Positions 28,200 to 43,153 are shown, counted from the stretch's first letter. The stretch: 64,000 bases of DNA from Eledone cirrhosa (GCA_964016885.1 OZ024741.1:386694001-386758000); one strand, 5' to 3'. Program-made: numbers and translations. The notes: generated by a model from the sequence alone, not told the origin.

Positions 28200-28640
28200 A
28201 TCTGCTTAATCCTTTGTTTGCTTTGGATTCTACCGCCGCATGTTCTTCCTAACCCAAACCACTTTACAGAATGCCCTATGTACATTTTATCTGCAAAAGG
28301 ATCGCATCCACTTTGAGTGCCCTGCATATTTTTCTACAGCCGTCATCATCCATACACATCATATGGCTGTACCAGCACACTACATCCGTTTTCTATTATC
28401 TTATTTATGCTACATAGTTCACACACACATATACATCCACCAGAGCATACCCGTTTCATTTCATTCGAACTTTTACAAATCTCCTACAGTCAAGGCCTAT
28501 GTTTCACTGACGTGTAGCATCACGGTTCGTACCCAAGCATCATACAGTCTAGGCTTCATTCTGAGAAGTAAAACCTTTGTTTCCAGCAGAAACAATAGTT
28601 TCTTGAACTGTTTTCAGCCCATTCTTACTCAAGCTTACAG
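28200..28640 (-). mobile_element. Decayed RTE-like LINE fragment
   Basis: Minus strand reads MLHVSET*ALT...E..MLWWM, resembling the RTE C-terminal region. Confidence 0.45.
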
Positions 28641-28749
28641 AACACACTCCCGCACTGCACATCTCTTGCGCATCCATTCTATATACACATATGTTTTATT
28701 ATATTATATTAAATTATATTATATTATATTATTTATATTATATTATATC

Positions 28750-28887
<138 letters not shown>

Positions 28888-29324
28888 GTGTTTGCACGCA
28901 TAGTAACCACCAGAAAATGTCAGAATCGTCATCATCATCATCATTTTCACGAGTGAAAATGCAACATCATCTCTACACTTATATTTAGTGTGAGCACCAT
29001 ACCATCACCACCCCAACAACAACAACACAATCAATACAATCACCACCACCACCACCTCACTTATTCCAAACACTTGGCTTTCTTATATAGCAAGTGTCCC
29101 ATAAATCTGTCAGGTTTTCCAATATAAAACATGGTTAAATGCTGCCTTATCTATTGGACATCGTGTACATCGATTTTAAACGATTGAAATGACAAAAAAC
29201 GACAATGGATTTTGAATGATCAAAGGCTGAAGCCCCAGGAGGGCAATTTGATGCCCGTCTTCTTATGTTACTTCTAATAGATTTCCTGGTATGCTGTATA
29301 TATTATTATATTGTCACGTACGTC

Positions 29325-29453
<129 letters not shown>

Positions 29454-29544
29454 ACACGCACACCCACATCCCTACACACAGAACTACATAAACTCTCACA
29501 CACATACAAACGGACGCGTGCATTTCGACATACACAAACACGTG

Positions 29545-30733
29545 CAGGGTGAGTCATAATAAACTAACTCCGTGCACATGTTGTGTCACTGTACATTCCT
29601 TTTCAACCCGATCAACCTTAAATTTCAGGACATGGCAGATACAACGTCTGAAAAGACAATAAGACCCATATAGGGGTTCCAGCATGGGATTCTGTGTGGC
29701 TTGTACAACCAGATCCAGGTGCAATTTAATGCATTTTTTGGAATAATCAAATCTTCCTTCAAAGCCAATATACAAAACTAAGTGAAAAAGTTCGAGACCT
29801 ATGGGATTGTGAAGAACCTCAATATAATGTCTGAGGTTCGTCCTACCCACTCTGGACGACCCAGGAAGCGTACACAGGAAGTTATTGACATGGTCCGAGA
29901 GTCTGTTGAACAGAGCCTAAAATGATCGCTGCGCAGAAGCCAATCCTTTTATAACTCAACAGAAAGTTGCAGAAGGGTTGTCAAAGATGATTTTAAGAAG
30001 TACTCCATATAGAATACTGACTAAAGAAAAGTTTAATGTAGCTGATGAGACTAAGAGAAAGGCCATGACTGAAGAAGATCGGAAACAACCCAAGTTTTCT
30101 GAATCTGCTGGGGACCTCTGATGAAGCCGACTTTCATTTAGAGAGGAACGTCATCTCTAAGAACTATATGTTCTGGTTGTCAGAGAAACTCACTAAAGTA
30201 GCTATGAAACCTCACCACTCGGCTAAATGTAACATCTGGGCTGCCATTTCTAAGAGAGGGTTGATTAGCCCGTGCTTCTTCAAAGAAAACGGTGTCACTA
30301 CTCATCTCTAATGAATATGTTCTGATTCCAGTGAAACGGAGCTAGCCATCACACTTCTAAGGAGCTGCGAGAATGGCTGAAAAATAACTCTGTGATTAGT
30401 TTGAAGACTGATTTTGAGTGGGCCCCACATAACCATGATTTAAGCCCCCCTAGGACCATCACTGAACTAAAAGAAAATATCAGTGAAAAGATCAGAGCCA
30501 TCCCTAGGTCTGTTTGTAACGACGTTATGCAAAACTTCACCATGCACCTGAAAGCATGGATGGATTCAAATGGGGATCACTTGGAACATGTGCTGTAATT
30601 CTGGATAGAAACATCAAAAGAGAGTGAATTTTTGACATGATTTATTTTAATAGTATGGAGTTTCATCGATTTTTGTCAAAAAATGAATAATATTGACAAA
30701 AATAAAAAGGGGGCCAGGTTTTTAGTCACCCAG
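29545..30733 (+). mobile_element. Decayed Tc1/mariner element (possibly DD41D/rosa-like)
   Basis: Frameshifted transposase pieces: GRPRKRTQEVIDMVRESVEQS, SDEADFHL, NIWAAISKRGLI, WAPHNHDLSP, NGDHLEHVL. Degenerate TIRs CAGGGTGAGTCA / CTGGGTGACTAA. Confidence 0.8.
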
Positions 30734-30776
30734 TATGCGAAAATATACATACATACTAGTACGTATACATACACAC

Positions 30777-30813
<37 letters not shown>

Positions 30814-31337
30814 TACATACATACATACATACATACATACATACATACATACATACATACATACATACATACATACATACATGCATACATGATGGCTGCA
30901 AACTCTGCTAAGAGTATTACAATCGCTTGTCAGATTATAGAGTTTGGGGCACTTTTAGGCTACGGCCAGCCACACGAACCTGTAACATATCCTGAACAAG
31001 CAATGCCTGTACTTTGAAGGTTTTTTTAAGTGGGGAAAGGCCTTGTATCGACCAATCCCACTCTCTGAGCATCGAAAACACTACCCGAAAAGGAGAACTG
31101 ATCAAGATCATCGGATGCTTCCAAAGTTGCAGATTTTTTTTCAGAGTTTCCCTCTCCTAGAAAGGTGTTGTGACAACAGCTGGGGGCCTTTCACTGCCAG
31201 GTGAAACAAAAAGAAAAACAAAGTACTATTTGGATGGCCGTTGACTCTGTTGAGTTTCCTCCGCCCTTTGCTGGGTCTTGTTTTTCATCCCGCAGGTTGT
31301 CCAAATATCACCCTCCTCACCAAGCTACATACATACA

Positions 31338-31609
31338 TGGTGGCTGCCAACTCGTTTTCGAGTACAGCCACTACTTTGTATCCATGTAGGAGAACCCCTA
31401 CCGATGCGCTGAACGAGTGTGAGGTTTTAGTCCAGCCAGCGACTTCAAAACTCTGGTACAAACACTACACTTGTGACAATTATTGACACATAGTGCTGGG
31501 CCCATGGTACCATGTGACGACAAGTGCAGAGAGATCTCCAGATATAAAGCAATGCCTGTGCCGTGAAGCTTTTATAGTGAGCAAAGGCACTGCACAAAGC
31601 CAGTCCCAC
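31338..31609 (+). repeat. ~270-bp interspersed repeat with an inverted copy at 45152-45423
   Basis: Both copies translate near-identically (LGPWxHVTTSAERSPDIKQCLCREAFIVSKGTAQSQSH) on opposite strands. Confidence 0.88.
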
Positions 31610-34397
31610 ATACATACATACATACATACATACATACATACATACATACATACATACATACATACATACATACATACATACATACACACATACATACATA
31701 CCTACATACATACATACCTACATACATACATACATACATACATACATACATACATACATACACACATACATACATACCTACATACATACATACATACATA
31801 CCTACATACATACATACATACATACATACATACATACATACATACATACATACATACATACATACATACATACATACATACATACATAGACATGGGTAAG
31901 CAGATACGAAGGATGATGTAGAGATTGGAGTAGCATGGATGGGTCAACATGTAGACAGAAACAGCACAGGTAAGCAGAAAGACAGGCAGATTAATAGATA
32001 AGTAGATAGAAAGAATGATATGCATGGAAGGAACAGATAGGAAGATTAATGTGAGTGATATCTAAATAGCACTGTGTGGTTCAGTGGTTAGAGTGTTCGG
32101 TTCACGATCATATGATCGTAGTTCCGTTGTTCTTGAATAAGACACTTTATTTCCAGTTCAGCTGTGGGGAAAATGAGTTGCACCTGTGATTCAAACGGGC
32201 AATCTTGTCATACATATTGTCACGGGGAATCTCTCTAAGAATTACGTTATGAGTACACGTGTCAGTGAAATACTCAGATATTTCTGTGTCAGAAGAACTG
32301 ACGGAGGTCCATCGAGTATCATCATCATCATCATCACCATCACCATTACCATAATTATAATGGTCATCACCATCATCAACATCATTATCATTACCACCGC
32401 CATCAACACCACCATCATCATCATCATCATCATGGCCATCATCATTGTTATGTCCGTTTTTCCACGTTCGAATGGGTTGGACGGGTCTTTTTCAGCACAG
32501 CGTCACCCCACACACCGCGTTCCTTTGTCATGGTATGTAAATATAAATGTAGAATAGGTGAATATGTGTAGATAGTTGAGTCGAATGGAGTAATTGATGG
32601 TGGCTATAATCTTTAAGTGTCATAATACACTACCCGCCGTGCGCTGGATGGTTGCGGGTGCAGCATGGCCAAATGGTTAAAAAGTTCGCTTCGCAATCAT
32701 TACGTCCCAGTTTCGATTCAATTTTACATCTTGGCCATGTTTCATTTACTATAAACTAAAGTTGAGTGAAGACTCATGGCTTAATGGCTAGAGCGTTGCG
32801 CTTACAATCGTAAGGTTGTGAGTTCGATTCCCGAACCGTGTGTTCTTGAGCAAGACACTTTATTTCACATTGTTCTAGTTCACGCAGCTGTGGAAATGAG
32901 TTACGACGTCACTGGTGACAAGCTGTATCAGCCTTTTCCTTTCCCTTGGACAATATCGGTGGCGTGGAGAGGGGAGACTGGCAAGACTTGTACCTCGGAG
33001 AGGGTCTTTACCCAGGTTCAACTAAAATGGAAACTGTTTGGAAGCTCATCGGAAGATTTGGACTTGTAATTACTTGTAATCTAAATTTACGTAAAATAAA
33101 AGATTTAAACAGGGAAGGCCAATGGGAGGCAAAATAAGCATTAATAAATATAAAGATGAAATGGGAGGCAAGGGAAGCTGTAAAGCAGTTAGAAGGTTCT
33201 TTTCCTAACTTCAATGTACTGAAATATTTTGTTTATAGTTGGTAGATATTTTACAATATATTGTACCTCCAATCTTGGTACTATTTTAATGATTGGCTTC
33301 AAGATGTCCTACTTCTCAGTCTCATAGTTTTTACATTGGAACAAATAGTGCCAGAGTTTCTGGGAAGATATCACAAGAACATAGAGGTGATTCTCTACGA
33401 CCAGTTCGTAATAAAATGTAATTCAATTGTATAAGTCCAATTTGAAGCCAACATAGTCATAATTTGTAATAACATTGCTCAGTATCTGATATGTTTCTGT
33501 ATTTGTTTCGGCTTACTGCACTCTGAACGACACTCATAGGGGTGAAAAATGGGATGGTTCACAGTTGATCTCCTTTGATCATAAGTTTGCTCAATCACGG
33601 GTGTTTTGAGGCTTAAAACAACAACAATAATAACACCAATAACAACAGCAACAACAACAGCAGTAACAGCAACAACAACACCAATAACAAAAGTAGTAAC
33701 GGCAACAATAACAAAATATAATTGTTTCTACTTTTTGGCACAAGGCCAGCAAATACTCAGTACATTACTGATACTTTATGTTATCGACCCCGTAAGGATG
33801 AAAGGCAAAGTTAACCTCGGCGGGATTTGCACTCAGAATGGCAAGGGCCGTAACTCAATGTGTCAAAGCATGGCGTCCGACCCCCTACCGATACTGCCAA
33901 TCCACCGCCCTTAACAATAACAAAATATAATGGCTTCTAATTTAGGCACAAGGCCAACAATTCTGAGGGAGGGGAAAGTCAATTAAATTGACCCCAGTGC
34001 ATTACTGGTACTTTATTTTATCGACCCCGTAAGGATAAAAAGCAAAGTTAACCTTGGCGGGATTTGAACTCAGGACGTAAATGGACGTAACTCTATGCTG
34101 CAAAGCATGGTGTCCGACGCTTTACCGATTCTGCCAATCCACCACTCTAATAACTGTTTCTACTTTTGTCCCAAGGCCAGCAATTACCCCCAGTGCATTA
34201 CTGGTGCCTTATTTTATCGACCCCGTGAGGTTGGAAGGCAAAATACATCTTGGCGGGATTTGAATTCAAAACGTAAAGGGCCATAATTCTATACTAAAAA
34301 TAACAATAAATAATGGCAACAACACTAACAACAATTACAATAAAGCATCTCAACTACAAAAACTGTAACAACAATAACAACAATAACAGCAACAACA

Positions 34398-34580
34398 ACA
34401 AATATCGGTCGCTCTCTGACAGGTTTGCAATCGATCCCCAAGCAGTGGAGACCTCTGGTGTCCTTGGCCGTAGGGCCACCTCCCTACTTACCACCATAGG
34501 TGTGAGCCTCGCGAGATGGAATGGCTCTTCCAGCAGCCTCCAGACAAACGTCTTCTCTATTCTGTCCGCCGGGGCTGTGG
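34398..34580 (+). mobile_element. CRE-like REL-endonuclease fragment
   Basis: KYRSLSDRFAIDPQAVETSGVLG, homologous to 60130-60430; sits in a CAA/TAA-rich tract. Confidence 0.6.
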
Positions 34581-36359
34581 GGCAGCCAGCGCGTGGGACC
34601 CCAATTGCTCATAAGAGTAGGAGCAGATTGTGAAGGAGTAAAAATGGTTAAACATACCAGAGTAGAAATGAAGAGTTTATCACGGCTGATCCAGTAGCCT
34701 GCTGTTACTCTGGAGATTCCCCTCATAACAACATCAATTGCAACTACGATTAACCACAACTACATCAACAACAAGAACAACAATTACAACTGCAACAACA
34801 ATAGCAACAATAACAACAACAACAATAACACCAATAATAACAGTAACAACTACAACAACAATAATAACAACAATCGCAACTATAACAACACAACAAGAAC
34901 AACTACAACTTCAACAACCATAACCACTCAGGAATAACAACAACACTAATAACAACAGCTACAACCACAACAACAACAATAACAACAATAATAACAACAG
35001 AAACAACAGTAGTAACAACAATGACAACAAAATCTGCAACAACTATAGCAACCACAACAGCAGCAACAAAAACAAAAGCCACAACTATAACCACCACAGT
35101 AACAACAACAACAATAACCCCTAGTGCGTGCGTGTGTGTGTATGTGCATATACATACATTTATATGTATGAGTATATAAATATAAATGTGCAAACACAGA
35201 CACACTTACAAAAATACACACTCACAGACATATATTTACACAAACACACACATACATTGACACAAACACACACATACATTGACACAAATACACACACTTA
35301 CATTCACACAAACGCACACATACATTGACACAAATACACACACTTACATTCACACAAACACACACATACATTGACACAAATACACACATATATTGACACA
35401 AACACACATACATTGACACAAACACACACATACATTGACACAAACACACACATACATTGACACAAATACACACATACATTGACACAAACACACATACATT
35501 GACACAAACACACACATACATTCACACAAATACACACACTTACATTCACACAAATACACACACTTACATTCACACAAACACACACATACATTGACACAAA
35601 CACACACATAGATTCACACAAACACACACATACATTGACACAAACACACACACATACATTCACACAAACACACACACATACATTCACACAAACACACACA
35701 CACACATACATTCACACAAACACACACACATGCATTCACACAAACACACACACACACATACATTCACACAAACACACACACATATACATTGACACAAACA
35801 CATACACACATACATTCACACAAACGCATACACACATACATTCACACAAACACACACACATACATTCACACAAACACACACATACATTCACACAAACACA
35901 TACACACATACACAGCATAACAAATAGAACGCCACCCGATATTTTGCTATAGTTTTTTCTCCCACCCTTCCCTTCCTTTTACATACACACACATTCACGC
36001 AAGCAGCAGACGTAGTAGAGGAGTAGTATGAGGTAGTCAAACTACTACTCTCTCTTTACGTGTTGTGACAGAATCGCAGAAATTTATATATAGAAGATTT
36101 TGGGGAATCTTCCATTGCAGTTTGCTTGTTGTCTCTTACATATATGATCTTTGTATATTTGTGGGGTGGTTGGTGGTGGTGATGGTGTCATTGTTGCTAT
36201 TGGTAACATTGTTGTTGTTGTAGTTATCATTGTTGTTGTTTTTTTGTGGCAGTTATAATTGTTGTTGTTGCTGTTGTATTGGTAATATTGTTGTTGTTGT
36301 TATTGTTGTTGTTGCAGTTACAATTGTTGTTGGTATGTTGTCGTTGTTGTTGTTATTGG

Positions 36360-36403
<44 letters not shown>

Positions 36404-36907
36404 ATGTTGTTGTCGTTGCTGATGTTATTGGTGTTGTTATTAGGCTTATTGTTGTTATTGATGTCGTTGTTGCTGTTGTTATTGATGTCGTTGTTGTTGC
36501 AGTTATAATTGTTGTTGGTATGTTGTTGTTGCTGTTGTTATTGGGGTTGTTGTTGTTGTTACGTTGTTGTCGTTGCTGATGTTATTGGTGTTGTTGTTGT
36601 TAGGCTTATTGTTGTTATTGATGTCGTTGTTGCTGTTGTTATTGATGTCGTCGTTGAAAAAAATCCTAATTCAAATTTCTTTTTCCCTAAAATATTTTAC
36701 TTCGCAGGTTCTTTTGGAGGGGGGGGAGTAGGGTTAGATAAAGCCTTAAAAGCTGGTGAGACGCCTATAGGTTCCGTGTATGAACATAAATAATTAATGA
36801 TATTTCTGCTCTCTTCCCGATTGAGGACTGTTTTCCTTTTTCCTTTTCACACCTACAGATATTGCTACATAAACATACACACACACACTCTCTCTCTCTC
36901 TCTCACT

Positions 36908-36951
<44 letters not shown>

Positions 36952-37686
36952 CTCGTTCACACCATAATCCATATGTAACAAACAGTTGCATGAGCTAAGA
37001 ATGCCTATGCAAGCTGTAGTTCTTACTTCTATCTGCAGGCAAATGTGCATCATATAAATGACTGGTAAGACCGTGTTCTAGCGAAGAGTTTTCTCAGTTT
37101 TATATCTATTCAAATACACTCTCGCTTCGTCTCGATCAGAGACAACATTGTTTTTTCATTTAACTTTATCATAGCTATGATTAGCTTTCAATGTAGTACA
37201 GACACCACAGGTTGAGGTCCACTATCCCATTATTTTCCTTTTCTTTGTTTCCTTTCGTCCTTCTATCTGTGCTGTTTGTTTTATCACACATACACATCAT
37301 ACCTGCAGAAAGATTTACTTTTCTGTTGCCAGTTAAATCGTTCGAAACCATTTTGCTGGTTTGAGGGCTGATGAGGATGAAGATGTGTGTGTGTGTAAAC
37401 TTGTCTTGTACATCGCCTTTCTCTATTTCCTCTTCCAGTCACTTCTGTGTGCCCCTCACAACTCTCCTTGTCCTCCCCCTCTTTCAATCTTTTCTATATT
37501 TCATCTGCCTTCTCCCACCTTGTCGATTGTCTCTCTGTCGGCCGCTGGTCTCTGTCCTCTGAGGCACTGTTGCTGTTGTAACGGCTGTTCTAGCGATCAG
37601 TTCTCTCATTTATATATGTATTCAAATACACCCTCGTTTCGTCTCAGTCAGAGACAACATTGTTTTTTTTTCAATTATATATATAA

Positions 37687-37901
37687 GAGGGGTGCTGAAA
37701 AGTTCTTCGCTTTATCGCTGCTAGGAAAGCCTGGTTGAAGGCCCAACCTACCGAGCTCTTTTTACAGGGGCTTAGAAAAACTAAAGGACCGCTGCAATAA
37801 GCGTGTGAATATGAAAGAGGAATATGTTGAATAAAATTCAAATTAACTGATTCTCCTGTATATTCTTTTACCCAAAGCCAGAAACCTTTTAGCATCCCCT
37901 C
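37687..37901 (+). mobile_element. Internally deleted mariner-like element (MITE-like)
   Basis: Imperfect TIRs (GAGGGGTGCTGAAAAG...CTTTTAGCATCCCCTC) enclose a mariner C-terminal remnant GLEKLKDRCNKRVNMKEEYVE*. Confidence 0.7.
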
Positions 37902-37934
<33 letters not shown>

Positions 37935-37939
<5 letters not shown>

Positions 37940-38858
37940 ATGCTTTGAGAGGGTCATGTTGTCAATAAGAAACACACGCACCAGAGCATTCACTTCAATT
38001 TATTATAAATTAAATTTATACATTTAGGAATTTATAAATTTCCGATTGGTTGGTTGGTTCCACAACCAGACGATTGTTCATATATTGTCAAAGTTCTTTC
38101 GTCACACATTCTGTGACCTCTTCAGTGACTGGGGATTCTTGTACATAGGTGAGACAGCTCGTAGTATAGGGGAACGGATAAATGAACACTGGCGAGAGCT
38201 TCAAGATAGTAAAGAATCATCTGTACTCCACCAACATGCTAAAATAGAACATAAAGGTAAATTAGAGAAGATAGAAATAAAAATAGAATCTACACACAGA
38301 AAATACGCAATGTTTAGACAAATCACAGAGGCAATAAACATAAAAGAATTACAACCAAAATTAAATAGAAAACATGAATGGAACAGCAACATCGCAACTT
38401 ACAATTAAGGACAAAATGAAATCACACACATACATAGAACAAACAACCAACCAGTAACATGTAAATAAACAAATAAATAAACAAATATAAACACACACAG
38501 ACACCCGGATGTAACACATGCGCAAACTAAGCACACAACACACACAAAAACAAGATGGCGTAGGACAGAACAAAGGAGAGGCACAAAAACAAAGAAAAGA
38601 ATCCCCAGTCACTGAAGAGGTCACAGAATGTGTGACGAAAGAACTTTGACAATATATGAACAATCGTCTGTTTGTGGAACCAACCAACCAACCGGAAATT
38701 TATAAATTCCTAAATTTATAAATTTTATTTATAATAAATTGAAGTGAAAGCAACTGGTGCGTGTGTTTCTTATTGGCAACATGACCCTCCCAAAGCATAA
38801 CAATATCGGTTTCAACACACGTTTTCAAATAAAGAATCTTGCTAAACAAATTCAGAAA

Positions 38859-38860
<2 letters not shown>
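37935..38860 (+). mobile_element. 5'-truncated Penelope-like element: GIY-YIG remnant between inverted pseudo-LTR copies plus 3' tail
   Basis: Arms 37935-38140 and 38597-38803 are reverse complements. Between them: YIGETARSIGERINEH...RQITEAINIKELQPKLNR. ~55-bp unpaired tail; (TA)n on both sides. Confidence 0.88.
38608..38650 (+). ncRNA. Minimal type-I hammerhead-like motif in the Penelope pLTR
   Basis: gtca-CTGAAGA-g-GTCACA(gaatg)TGTGAC-GAAA-G(aa)C-TT-tgac. An inverted copy lies at 38087-38129 (-). Confidence 0.7.
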
Positions 38861-38909
<49 letters not shown>

Positions 38910-39039
38910 GCATTCGAAACATCAGTCATCAACAGAAGACAGCTGATGAACGGGAATTGTCCTTGTGTTTGTGTTTCTCTCACGTTTTCTAAATAATATT
39001 TATTAGTAACCACACAGCGCCGTTTTCAAGTTTTAATTC

Positions 39040-39073
<34 letters not shown>

Positions 39074-39115
39074 GATAAAGAACACAAGAGCGTCTACAAC
39101 ATCAAAAGATTTTTA

Positions 39116-39166
39116 TTGGCTTACAATGTTTCTTCCTTACGTAACCGTAGGATTCGTCAGCGCTAT
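39116..39166 (-). ncRNA. Minimal hammerhead-like motif, stem I decayed
   Basis: CTGACGA-a-TCCTACG(gtta)CGTAAGGA-a-GAAAC(att)GTA-agcc-AATAAA. Confidence 0.6.
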
Positions 39167-39954
39167 AAAAGGGGTTTGATTGGTGTTATGGACTCTACCA
39201 ACCAAACATTCAAGAACAAAGAGTAAAGAGAGTAAAAAGCAAAAGCAGGGGACGATATGTCTAATTTTGGTGCGGGAGGGTGGGGTGTGGGTCCTTGTTT
39301 ACTAGCTGCGGTCATATTCATTCCCGGGAGTCGAGTGGTTAGTTGAGCCATAGATGGGGTGGCGTCGATAGTAGGGTGCAGAGGGTGTGCAGAGGCTACA
39401 CACACACAAAGGGCATACAATATATATATAACGGAGGAGAAAGTACATGAGGTAATTAGAAATGGAAAAAGAGTAATAATAATAATCTATAATTAATAAT
39501 GTATAATAAGGCATGGGGAAGATTACACTATAATAAGGTATAAAAGTAAGAATAAGGTAAAATATAAAGGAGGATAAAAGTGAAAATAAGAATAAAGATA
39601 AAAAATATATATAAAAAAATATATAGAGAATATATAAAGAAATATAAGCAAGTATTTGAAAGGGAAAACACAATGTAAAAAAAAACCGATTTTTTCAAAT
39701 AAAAATATTATAAATATGGGGGGAGAAAACGGGATAGAGAAATATAATCAAATGTGATTAGTTGAGAGAATATAAGATGATAATAGTTATGTCAAGTTTA
39801 TACATCTTAATAATAAATAATCTGTATATCAGAGTTACACATCCCTCAATTCACTTGCAGGTTCAAGCCACGTGGCATAGTCCATTGTTCATCTGTGCGG
39901 TCATGTGCGTTTGTTTTTGACACCACAGCAGATGCACAAGTTCGTAAATTCCAA

Positions 39955-39989
<35 letters not shown>

Positions 39990-41112
39990 CTATTATTATT
40001 ATTATTATTATCTGAGTTCAAATCCCGCCGTGGTTAACTTTGCCTTTCATCCTTACGGGGTCGATAAAATAAAGTACCAGTAATGCACTGGGTAATTGCT
40101 GGCCTTGTGTCTTGTCTCTAAAAACACCTCAAGATAGAATTCAGAGAATAAAATCGAGCCTTAATCATTATAAGAAAGTGAATGAAAGATAAAGATATTC
40201 ATACACACATAAGTGGGCCTTAAGATATATCAAAGCTCAAAACTAGAGACAATCTGCACTAAATGTAAGATTACATAATTCGTTGAGTATCTTATTAAAT
40301 TTAATAAAAAATTAAAACAAAATACCTGATAACGATCAAATATATTTCCCTCATATGTATTCTCCACAAAATCAGAATATATTTCACCAAATAACGCCGA
40401 AATTAGGTATTTTGAAACGGATCATCAGTGAGAGAATTTCAAAATCACCTAATCTCACTCAATACAGGGTTGAAAGTGGCTAAAAGCTCATGGTATCAAT
40501 ACATGAATTTAGCACCCGCAACGATATGAAGGGTTCTCGTCCACTAGAAATAGCAGTCCAACCTCTCAACATAAACAGCTCACCACATAAGGAGCAGACA
40601 TATTATTACGTTCAAAGTAAAGGGTGTCATGAATGATACAAAATCAAATATATCAAACATATGTCTTGTCTCTAAAAACAGCTCAAGATAGAATTCAGAG
40701 AATAAAATCGAGCCTTAATCATTATAAGAAACTGAATGAAAGATATTCATTATATATATATTATATATATGAGTTCAAATCCCGCCGAGGTTGACTATGC
40801 CTTTCATCCTTACGGGGTCGATAAAATAAAGTACCAGTAATGCACTGGGTAATTGCTGGCCTTGTGCCTAAAGTAGAAACAATTATATATATATATATAT
40901 ATGGAGTATTTCCATTTTTGGAAACTAATAATAAAGAAGTTAGAGCCGTTAAGGATTGAATTTTAAAATAATTTTAGCCTATCAAATTCAGCGATTTTCT
41001 ACACCTCGGTTTACTCAGATATACAATAACAACAAAAGCAACAAAAAACTACGATATGTGATGACAACAACAGCAAAATCAAAAACAACCTGTAGACATA
41101 TAGAGGGCTGTC

Positions 41113-41161
<49 letters not shown>

Positions 41162-42286
41162 CGATATGGAAACATCACAGTGGGTTCAGTTTCATGAGTT
41201 AATTTTTATCCCTTTCAAGATCGATGAAATATTTACCAGTAATGCACTAGATCGATATACCATCTCTTTTAACAATCTCTTTAAAGACCTTTTGCCTACA
41301 GAGAGGTTTGAGATGATGTCGGGAAGAGGAGTAAGGAACAACGCCTGAAGGAGAGAGAGAGGGGGCAGAGGAGAGAAAACAAGAGAGGGGAAGAGAGAAA
41401 GTGATGGGTAGATAGAGAAATGAGAATAGATAGGGAGATGGGAAGAGATGAGGAGGAAGAGATAGAGAGAGTAAGATTTAGAGAGGGGAGATATAGAAGG
41501 TGAAATTAGAAGAGAAATATAGAAGAGAAAGGATGTAAGAGGGGAGATAGAAGTGAGATAGAGTAGGGGAGAGATGGAGGGGGAAAGATAGAACATGGTG
41601 AGTTCGGCACGTTTTACTGATCCGTGTCAGGCTGTTGGACGCCTACAGAGAGATGAAAAACTGCCAAATAATGGCTTAGATTCTTCAAATCTCATTATGT
41701 TGGCAGGTCAGAGTGAGTAGATTCTATGGAGTGATATTGGTGATAAGACTAGGTCAGAAGGTCATGTAAGGTTAGCAACTATCTGAACGAAATCATTTAA
41801 TCCTTGTAACTTTCTAGTCAAAGGTAATGAAAGACAGCAGACGAGATTTCAGTATAAGAAACCTAGATCCAGTTTCATTTAATATGCGTAACACTCGAGT
41901 CAAACGTAATGAAAGACTGCAGTCAAGATTTCGGTATAAGAAGCCTCAATCCAGCTGTCATTTTCCTTGTTTGTATATGCGTGGTGCTGTGTATGTGCAT
42001 ACGTGTATGTTTAGTTTTCACTTGTTTGAAAATTCATATATATAGAGAGAGATTTTCAAACAAGTGAATAATAATTCTTTCCATCGTTTTTGTTTGTTTG
42101 TTTTGTTGTTGCTATTTTTTGTACATCAGCAAGCAGCTTCTGTTCAGACGTTGCACTATTTACGCTGTTTATAAAATAAGTTTCAAAAACAAAAGATCAA
42201 TGAAGAAACAAACAGGGGTGCAAAGTAATTAATCTTAGACTGTAAAGAAGGAACAGGGGAAAGTTCAACGTTTCGAACGAACAATG

Positions 42287-42417
42287 GTCCAAGCAGACGT
42301 CGTTCAAGAAGACGTTGTCCAAGCAGACGTCGTTCAAGCAGACGTCATTCAAACAGACGTCATTCAAGCAGACGTCATTCAAGCAGACGTCATTCAAGAA
42401 TGTGTTGTCTAAGCAGA
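42287..42417. repeat. 15-bp tandem repeat, ~8 copies
   Basis: Consensus CAAGCAGACGTC(A/G)TT. Confidence 0.85.
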
Positions 42418-43153
42418 AAGGAAACACAAAGGGAAGATTATTCTGTAAAAAGATTTGTTTTCACCACCCACCATGATGTGATATTCATTTTAAACATACA
42501 ACAATCACAATTTTATATTATATGTTGTGTGTGTATGTGTGCGTCTGTGTGTGTTTGTCTGAGTGCATGTGTGTGTGTGTGAATGTGTATCTGTGTGTGT
42601 GAATGTGTATGTATGTATGTGCGTATGTATGTGTGAATATATATGTGTGTGTGTGTGAATGTGTATGCATGTGTGTGAGTGAGTATGTGTGTGTAAATGT
42701 GTATCTATGTATGTGTGTATGTGCGTATGTGTGTATGTGCGTATGTGTGTGTGAATGTGTATATGTGTAGCAGTGAGTTGTTTGTTTAATACATATATCA
42801 ATGAAATCAACCTTCCACATTAATGAGTTTTATGATAGTTGATAACACTAATATTTTTACATCGATGGCGGGGGTGGGGCCACTTGATTCTCCGCACCGG
42901 TGTCCCTCAACTATGTTTACGAACCACTATCATGCCTATATGCTTATATGTTTTATCGTAATTCTTCATACGAATGTTTATGCCCCCTTCTCTCTCTCTC
43001 TCACACGCACACATACACACATACTCTCTTTCTCTCTCTCACACACACACACATGCACACACACATGTACACTTTCTCTCTAACGTTCTCTCTCTCACAC
43101 ACACATACACACACACAAAAACACACATACACTATATATCTCTCTCACACACA

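Noticed and set aside
32774-32840. tRNA-like sequences with A/B boxes
   Set aside because: No complete cloverleaf; they continue into SINE bodies repeated across the window.
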